The translations under genes were made by a program, and so were the position numbers. Shown here piece by piece: positions 56,307 to 64,000 of a stretch of DNA of 64,000 nucleotides. Under the pieces are notes generated by a model that was given only the letters and a program-made list of their open reading frames with translations, was not told where the DNA came from and searched no databases. Each line of letters starts with the position of its first letter. Position 1 is the stretch's first letter. The stretch lies in sequence record MT135025.1, one strand, 5' to 3'.

Positions 56307-59271
56307 TTATAAATCAACACCTTCAGTTTGTTCAGCAGCACGAGCTTGGTTCTTAGTGTAGCCATATGGGATAGATAGTTCAGCAGTACCATATAAACAG
56401 GTATCCCCATTTAGGTTAGTATATGTTGCTGTACCGTCTGTGATGCTGATTGTTGAGTTGTCGCCCCATGTGCCCGCCGCAGGCTTATCTCTATAATAAA
56501 GAGTACCGCTTGAGTTTGAGATATTCCCTGCTGTATCAAGACTAATACGTCCATCAGACATGTATTGGTCAAATGTGTATGTTCCCGCACCATGATTACT
56601 AATGAAGAAACCAGAGCCGTACTGTCCTGCTAGATAGAATCGCTCGTACTTAGGGATGCTTGAAGTTAGTGTAGAACCTGTGTACACAGTAGGTGAATCG
56701 TCCTGCCAAACCAACTCACTCCAAGCAAAGTTTAAGGATGCCTGTTGGTTGTTAGCTGTTTGATACCATAGAGTCTTGACCGCAGGACTATCATTTAATG
56801 GCTTCCACAAATCCACAGCAGTATGTAAATGCAGATTGACACCAGTCTTCAAGTTGCCTTCGGGGAGCATGAAGTGCTTGGTAATTGTAAATCTTCTCTC
56901 TTGGTTCCCGTCTTGGTTGTCTTTGCCTACTTTACCAAGCAATGACTCAATTAACGCATTACCTTGAGTTACAAAATTGTCAGCACTAGCCCATACAAAA
57001 CCAACACCTTCGGAGCCGTTAAGCACTTTCTTGTTGGTAGAACCCTTAGTCTGCTTAGCGAATGCTGTGTAGCTGTATACTGAGAATTCGTTATCAACAT
57101 TTGTATAGTTGAGTGTGATTGTGTTTGTTGCTGTATTGATAGGGACGACACTTGTGTACCAAACCCCACCTGAATAGAAGATATTATTAGCACTTGTGGA
57201 TGCTGCTTTTCTAACAAGTGGGATTGTCATAGCGCCATTAGAGATAATAAATGGCACCCAACGACCTAACCAACCATTAGCAAAGTTATTCTTCGATAGT
57301 ATTACTTTTGGTTTGCCAACAACATCGACCATAGAGAACTCACCGGATACGGATGAGTTTAATTCTTCAATAGGAATTACGTAGCAGATGCCTGTAATAT
57401 CGATATTGTTAGAATGATTTCCCAATTGGGTAGAGAAATATACGGTATCAAAGCCACCAGAGTTTGTGCTGATTGTAGAAATAACAAATATGTTATTTGA
57501 AGCATCTACAAAATGACCTCCAACTTTAACGTCTGTCGCTTTTTGATACTGAGGGAAACTTGATTCAATGGTCCCAGCGGGAAATCGAACTTGAGCATAT
57601 CCTGAAAATGTACCTTTATCTTGTGGTACAACGCCGCCAAATACTCTGGTTTTAATTAACTTTTCCTTGCCCCGATAAGTACCATTTACTACTTTCTGGA
57701 ATACCTTACTTGCTTCTTCTTTAGAAGACATATCCCAAGAAGGCAGACGATAGTCAATTACACCACCTTGACCTGAAGCATAGATAGCGTCGTATTTTCT
57801 CTCATCGCTACGAGCGTCAAACGCATCGGCAATCGTACCAGTTGTAGGGTTTGTTGATTTCGAGCCGCCTGCTGTTGACTCAATAAAACAATCTGACGAA
57901 GAAGTTGCTGGTTTTGCTGCGACGTTACTAAACCATGTAACTTGTCCATTCGATGAGTCGCGCCATGCTAGTGCTGCTGCTCCCAACGGGTTAAACGATG
58001 GATGATAAGCACCTTGGTTCAGACGAGGAACCACACCCCATACGTGGAAGTAACACTCACCGTCTACTGCTATGTTTGTATCAACACCAGTGTTAGCCTG
58101 ATTGACCGCAACATAATGACCTTGACCACCCGTTGTTACCTTGTCTCCATCTTCCCCGTAATAACCTGTATTGCCTGAATTATACCTATCTAGTGAGTTA
58201 GGGATTGAGTCCAAAGAACCTTGAGGCTTAACTCTCTGAGATGAGGTGTATCTCAAGTAACTAGCACCACTACCCGTACCCGCAGGGTTCAGGTTCTCCC
58301 AATCACCATTACCAGCACCAACAATAGTACGTTGACGCATACGCCATTGAACCAAACGACCATCATCTAACATGAAGATGTTATTGGTTTCATCGGATAC
58401 CAATGCTTTCTTCTGTTCGTCAGTAGCTGCCCAGAAATCTACACCACGACCTTGTGAACCAGTATCACCATCGTATACTGCGTAGTAAGTAACAGGACGA
58501 TTAGATGTAGTTGTAGCAATATCATTCATCGAAGTAGTTTGTGACTGAATCATTCCTTTTGGATAAACAAAAGGATTAGTTTGAGATACTTCTTCTAAGA
58601 AGAACTCAGCACCAAACATATCAACACGGTTAATAACTACTTCAATAACATCTGAAGTGTCTGCCAGTGCAAAAGCAGTAGCTGCATCAGCATGTTGAAT
58701 TACCTCACCTGTGGCAGAGTTATATGTTACAGTGCCATCTGGAGCTTCTGGGAATTTGATAGGGGTGGTGTGGTTACCTCCGCCGTAATACTCTGTCGTA
58801 ACTTGAGACACAAACCCCGCAATGGTTGTTACAGGGAAAGGTGAATTAGAAGTACCTCCAATACTTGAAGCTGGGTTTGAGCCAATAGCACATTGATTTG
58901 CCCATCCTGCTGAATCGGTACGTACTGATAACCCCTCATTAACTGATGTATAGCTCCCGCCTGAGTTTTGTTTACCATAATGGTCAAAACCGCTAGCTGC
59001 ACGAACAGATTTATTCTGCTCACGCATTTGGTTCAAAGTAGCTTCATTACGTACAAACTGCTTCCACTCAAGAGTATCAACATCACCTGAGATATTATCA
59101 ATCTGAGACTGTAATGATGGGACAATAGCTGCCGCATCATCGGCACTCTGTTGAGCATCTGCTGCACTTTGTGCTGCATTAGCCTCACTTGTAGCAGCGT
59201 CAGTAGCACTCTGTGCAGCATTATTAGCTTGTACTACTGTATCGTTATATACGCCTACTGTGTCATTGTAC
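56307..59271 (-). CDS. tail fibre / receptor-binding protein, main body
   Basis: In-frame continuation of 33453-33792; RAASGFDHYGK and WGD...YG....PYGY motifs I associate with vibriophage fibres. Confidence 0.85.
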
Positions 59272-59405
59272 GCATGAGCAAATGATGGCTATGTACGGCG
59301 AGCCAATCGGCGCTGATTTCCCTGTTTGGCTTGATAAAGACGGTAATGAAGTCGCGCTTGCTCGTGTAGAGCGTAGCACTGGCGGTAAAACTACTGACCT
59401 GATAC
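59272..59405 (+). other. foreign fragment at junction
   Basis: Unrelated open frame HEQMMAMYGEPIGADFPVWLDK between two broken genes. Confidence 0.55.
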
Positions 59406-61391
59406 ACACGACACACGATAGTGATATGATAGTGTAGAGCCTGTGCTGTTAGCAGCAGTCCATACAATACCAAACCTATCTACGTTTGTACGTGATGTAG
59501 CAGTAAGCATCAACGGAATACAAGTAACAATAGCCACACGGTCATAGTTCTGTCTTGGCACAGTAATACGAGCCATAGTAGCCGTAGGAGTGTCTGAACC
59601 ATTACTAACGTACCATTCAGACCAGTCAGGTGTAGAACTCGTAGCTGAGCTATCTACGGCCCCACCAATTGCACCTGTAATACCTTGGTAAGTAACCTCA
59701 CCACCAAAGTAACCATTGTTAGCGTGCAAATCACCATTAGGTGTTACTCGGAAGTTAGCTGAGGAAGACCTTGTATTACCTACCCAAATGCGGCTGTTAG
59801 AGTCGCTAGCGTCTAGAACGACCACATCTTGACCTGATGTACCACCAATAGTGATTCGTGTCCCTGAGTTAATCTTGTTGCCTGTGATAGTACCTGCTGC
59901 AATCTTGTTAGCAGTGATAGCATTAGTAGCAATCTTACTGGCGGTTACTGCACCTGCTTGAATCTTGTTAGCAGTGATAGCATTAGTAGCAATCTGTGCA
60001 GCAGTGATGGTATTAGCTACCAGCTTATTAGCTGCGATTGTACCGTTAATAATTGCATCACCATCTACGAATAGTTCCACAGGTTGCCATGTACTCGATG
60101 AACCAGTACCTCCTGTGTAATAACGTTGTTCTGAGAATTGGTTTACAGAGTTAAACAATGTAACAGTATCCCAGTATCGAACTACACCGTCAGAGTTAGG
60201 GTCATTGACAATAGCATTATATGCCTGTGAATTACTCCATGAGCTTCCAGAGATAGCTTTAGAAACATTGAGAGTACCACGGGTACCATCTGCCCCATCC
60301 TGACCATCTTGACCCGGGGGACCTTCAGGACCGATAGGACCAACCTCACCTTGCTCACCATCCTTACCAGTTACCTTAATAGGGAATGAATAAGGATACT
60401 GAGGTAAGTTACCATCCTCTTGTACCAGAATCCATGTCATCCAAACTGGTAGTGTTGGGTTGTTAGGTGTTGTTTCCGACCAGCCTGTTGGTGGGTAAGT
60501 ATTACCCGGAACTTGTGGTTGTGTAGCAGCCTCTTTAAAGAACTGCTTAGTAATCTTACCATCAATACCGTCTTCACCATCTTCACCTGAAACTTTGATT
60601 GGAAAAGACCAAGGGTATACAGGGTCAGTACCATCCTCACGAACCTTGATAAAAGTCATCCATACAGGCAGAGTAGGATTCTCTGGCGGAGTCTTAGACC
60701 AAGGAGATGGAGCCGGATATACGTCGCTAGGTACTGATGGAGTTACAGAAGCTTCTCTAAACCACTGCTCAAAGATACGACCATCTAAGCCCGGAGCACC
60801 ATCCTGTCCGTCTGCACCATCTTGTCCATCTTCACCATCAACAACACCTGCACTAAATGGAGTTGGTTGAGACCATGTATGGGTATCTGTGTTCTCATCA
60901 TAAGCTGCTGACATAGTAACCCAAATCCATTCAGACTTATCACTCTTAGTAGGAGCTACATCCGACCAACCGCTTGGAGGAGCAGATGATGGTGATGGAG
61001 TTGATGGAGGTGTACCATCAGCAGTAAGACGGTAAGCAAACACTGCACCTGTAATACTTGATGGGTCATCAATGATTTTCCACCATCTCTCACGTCTGTA
61101 AAGCCACACACCGGCTGAAGTGATAATCTTCTGACCTTTGTATTGACCTACATTATAAACGTCGTCTAGAGGCTCTGTGAAGTACATCATCATACCCTCA
61201 CGCCAACGCACTGGCATCTTACCTTGAGGTGGGAATGCCCCACCCTCCAAGATACCATTAACAATACCACCTAACGCCAAGAGTTCATCATTGATATAGG
61301 TTGGCATTGACTTCTCTTCCGTAGGTGTCGGTCCAGCTTGGTAGTGACCTGAGCTTGGACCTGAACCAATCATACCTGCTCTACTTGACAT
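59405..61391 (-). CDS. tail protein with collagen-like and 10-aa repeats, 3'-truncated
   Basis: GxDG triplets, two ~70 aa Pro/Trp repeats, TITANKIxAG repeats. Confidence 0.8.
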
Positions 61392-62272
61392 TATCTAGCT
61401 CCTGTTGCTTTATATTCTAACCAATAGCCACGCAATTCTGCACGACTCTTTTCTGGGATTTCGAACTTAACATGAATGAACTTACCTGTTGCTGTACAAC
61501 CTAGATTAGCTCGCTTATTAGGGTCAAACCTACCAACGTATCTCCAATTAGGAGACTGTGTAGTTGTTTCACTGCCAGCTACCCACACATCAATATCACC
61601 ACCCCGAACGAGAGGCCAAATCTTATTGAGTGTCTTAGTGGTTGTATAGTCTTCCATGTCAATCCATTTCTTCTCCACACTAGCTTTAAAGTTAGCACCA
61701 TCCCAAGTTGGTTCATCAATAGTTGTATATACAGCACCCTTACCATCAGAGGTAACACCAGCGAACGCTAAGCCCCACTGTGAGCTGTTATACTTAAAGT
61801 ATGAACTAATCCATAAGTCAGTGGATTCTTCCCATGTAGCGCTTTCTGATGGCGCTGTCCATGTAATATCACCCTCTGTAATAGATAGGATAGTGTAAGT
61901 AGAAGTCAATGAATCTGGCATGTCTCGTTTAGACCAGTGACGTTCTTCCCAGTTATATACATATGCTACGTTACAACGACCATTAGTGTTTGTTGATGCT
62001 TCTGGAATACATACCCATACCTCTTTCTCTTGGTAACGTACAGCTACGAATACCTTGTCGATATGGTCTGGGTCAATAGAATCAAAGATTCTGTTACGTA
62101 CAATACCGTCTGCTACAGATTCTTTATGTACACCATTATGCATATAGATGTCTGATTGACCAACCACAAAGTGATAGCCATCAATCTCAGCTACACAATC
62201 TGGACCAAGTACACCTACGTCGTTAAACAATTCCTTAAAGGCGAATACTAAGATACCGCCAATGTATGACAT
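61391..62272 (-). CDS. tail stabilisation protein (gp10-like) C-terminal part
   Basis: HFVVG..DIY.HNG, VYNWEE..WSKRD, TGKFIHVKF, G.R end. Confidence 0.8.
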   Translation of the reverse strand: MSYIGGILVFAFKELFNDVGVLGPDCVAEIDGYHFVVGQSDIYMHNGVHKESVADGIVRNRIFDSIDPDHIDKVFVAVRYQEKEVWVCIPEASTNTNGRCNVAYVYNWEERHWSKRDMPDSLTSTYTILSITEGDITWTAPSESATWEESTDLWISSYFKYNSSQWGLAFAGVTSDGKGAVYTTIDEPTWDGANFKASVEKKWIDMEDYTTTKTLNKIWPLVRGGDIDVWVAGSETTTQSPNWRYVGRFDPNKRANLGCTATGKFIHVKFEIPEKSRAELRGYWLEYKATGAR

Positions 62273-62428
62273 CTGCCATACTGCATTTCAAACATGTTAT
62301 ACCCCTGCTAATTTCATGAATGTGCTAATGTAAGTACTAACATCATCCCTCGATAGTACATTGATTACGCGATTTTCTTCGTTTCGGTTGAATTCATATT
62401 CGTCAACGGGTATCAGATAGTGTTGTAA
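62273..62428. other. foreign fragment at junction
   Basis: Does not continue the flanking reading frames. Confidence 0.5.
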
Positions 62429-62478
62429 ACGATTGATACATTACAACGTGTTAGTCGTCTTGAGGCTAAACAATAAAC

Positions 62479-62522
62479 AAAAAATAACCCCGCCCAGAAT
62501 TAACTGGAGCGGGGCTTTTTAT
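62479..62522. terminator. bidirectional terminator between convergent modules
   Basis: A-tract, CCCCGC-CCAG..CTGG-A-GCGGGG, T-tract. Confidence 0.75.
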
Positions 62523-62743
62523 TATTCAGATTTTTCTTTCTTAGTTCGTGGCTTACGCTTAGGTTTTTCTTCTTTAGGCTTATTAGCCTCTACAAGTTCT
62601 TGACGGAACTTATCTTTCTTCATCATCATAGCTCGCCACTGAGGGTATGTACCGCAGTCTGTACCATTACGTTGAGCTTCGATTTGAGCCATCTTGTAAG
62701 CTTTGATTGATAGGTCTAGTGGTTGTGTTAGTGTTGGATTCAT
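62522..62743 (-). CDS. hypothetical protein
   Basis: 73 aa with basic C-terminus. Confidence 0.7.
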   Translation of the reverse strand: MNPTLTQPLDLSIKAYKMAQIEAQRNGTDCGTYPQWRAMMMKKDKFRQELVEANKPKEEKPKRKPRTKKEKSE

Positions 62744-62744
62744 A

Positions 62745-63152
62745 TTACTTAATCTCCTCTAAAAATTTCTTTAGTTCTTCATTTATATGTAAATCTTTGT
62801 TGCACTCAAAATATCTAAAGCCGTTACGTTCTGCCCATTCTCCATGAGTCTGTTTAGTACCGTCTTTTCTGGTCTTAGCATGTGGCATTGGAGTAGATGC
62901 TTTATAGAATATAAAAACAAGCTCTTTACCGTCTGCTGTGATTGCATCTCGGATATGCTTATATTTAGCCGCTTCTGCACTGTCCCGAAATCTGCCTTTA
63001 GTTTCAATGAGTGTGTTTCCAAACACAAAGTCTGGTGTATAGTTATGGGGAATGTTGTACGGAATCTTAGCTCCTTGAAACACACCTCCTGTAAGAACTT
63101 TATCTCGGAGGTCAGCTTCCCATACTGAGTCTGCTTTACGTGCATGTGCCAT
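62745..63152 (-). CDS. endonuclease I / Holliday junction resolvase (T7 gp3-like)
   Basis: DS.WE, Y.IPHNYTPDF, IETKGRF, WAE.NGF.Y. Confidence 0.88.
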   Translation of the reverse strand: MAHARKADSVWEADLRDKVLTGGVFQGAKIPYNIPHNYTPDFVFGNTLIETKGRFRDSAEAAKYKHIRDAITADGKELVFIFYKASTPMPHAKTRKDGTKQTHGEWAERNGFRYFECNKDLHINEELKKFLEEIK

Positions 63153-63159
63153 CCATCGT

Positions 63160-63293
63160 CTATTTGGTGGGCGAAAGAAACGAAATACGAAGCAGTTGAT
63201 ATGATCATGGAAATCTATCAAATCAACAAGCAAAAAGCTATTGATGTGCTTCATCGTCTGACCGCTGATGAGCTTGAGCAGTTGACTACATGG
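63160..63293 (+). other. foreign fragment resembling a T4-like clamp-loader small subunit C-terminus
   Basis: WAK....DMIMEIYQINKQKAIDVL..LT.DELEQL. Confidence 0.45.
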
Positions 63294-63808
63294 ATAAACC
63301 ATCTATGGTAGCACGGTTCAACAGAGACGTAGCACTAAACCCAGAGGCTCTAGATAAACCAGTTTGGTTTTCTACAGGATGGGGTGCTATGTTCACCCAG
63401 CTTCGTGGTTATCCAACCATGTTTGCTAACACTATCCTACCAAAGCTGTACGACTTAATTGACCCACGAGGTAAGAGTGGTGCAGAATTGGCTGTAGACC
63501 TTGCACGATTTGGTGCTACTACAGGAGCCATCATGTTTGTTGGCTTCTTACAGGAGAGTTTAAAGAACGAAGTTCGAGGCGGTAATCTAAGTGATGAGGA
63601 AATCTTCATGAAGGCTTATCGTAATACTCTCATGCCAATCCATATGGGTTATCTACAGGATGCTGCTACAGGTCAACTTTCACGAGTTGTTGTTCCTGTT
63701 TCGTTTAGTATCTACGACCAGCAAGCGAATTTGCTTAATAGAGCTGTTAGTGGTGAAGCGGAATTAGAGGACTTGCCTGTGATGTCGGCATTTAAGGGAG
63801 CATTATAG
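63294..63808 (+). CDS. large internal virion protein, C-terminal part
   Basis: Begins with the 63 bp duplicate of 50304-50366; F.QLRGYP..F.NTILP motif. Confidence 0.85.
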
Positions 63809-63818
63809 GAGGTGTTTT

Positions 63819-64000
63819 ATGGCAAGATGGGTGGAATATGCGGTAGTGTTAGTTGCGGCTTTCACTATTCCTACCCTTACCGTAGCTTCACAGTGGGGTG
63901 GATTTAGTGAAATCCTAACACGTATCGAGAAAAAGGTAGACAAGATAGACGACCGTACGATTGATACATTACAACGTGTTAGTCGTCTTGAGGCTAAACA
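63819..64000 (+). CDS. small membrane/coiled-coil protein (holin/XhlA-like); stop inferred from the duplicate at 62429-62475
   Basis: AGGAGG RBS; MARWVEYAVVLVAAFTIP...RVSRLEAKQ. Confidence 0.65.
   Translation, partial: MARWVEYAVVLVAAFTIPTLTVASQWGGFSEILTRIEKKVDKIDDRTIDTLQRVSRLEAK

Noticed and set aside
33725-59271. Invertase-driven tail-fibre shufflon
   Set aside because: No recombinase, only one fibre C-terminus, and breakpoints flanked by foreign fragments; an assembly overlap is more parsimonious
63153-63302. N-terminal extension of the endonuclease ORF (MVYPCSQ...)
   Set aside because: Derives from the foreign insert; the nuclease likely starts at MAHARK (63152)

Overview
Phage DNA, probably from vibriophages, but not one continuous genome: it reads as a scrambled concatenation of at least three phages. 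Segment S1 (1-~11825, all minus strand) is a replication/recombination module: prim-pol, SF2 helicase, Cas4-like nuclease, DUF669 SSB, Sak4-like ATPase, Ntn protease and MazG. Phage A, a PaP3/LUZ24/phiEco32-type podovirus, supplies most of the window in about 8 rearranged blocks. These carry an early GATase/amidoligase/ATP-grasp cluster, 4 tRNAs, terminases, portal, scaffold, capsid, tail, injection proteins, ThyX, primase-helicase, PolA, NrdAB and nucleases. Segment B (33792-39544), probably from a T4-like phage, carries dCMP deaminase and 7-deazaguanine genes (queD, folE, a TGT/DpdA-like transglycosylase, truncated queF). Block boundaries carry exact 126-127 bp inverted duplications, 44-68 bp overlaps and ~100-150 bp foreign inserts. 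The split tail-fibre and internal-virion genes rejoin in frame across these boundaries, which points to assembly chimerism. Best biological leads: the deazaguanine cluster; the peptide-ligase cluster with an upstream outer-membrane beta-barrel; an antisense promoter over a structured intergenic region inside that cluster; and a hairpin-embedded promoter family in S1. Family assignments come from motif recognition only; no database search was run.
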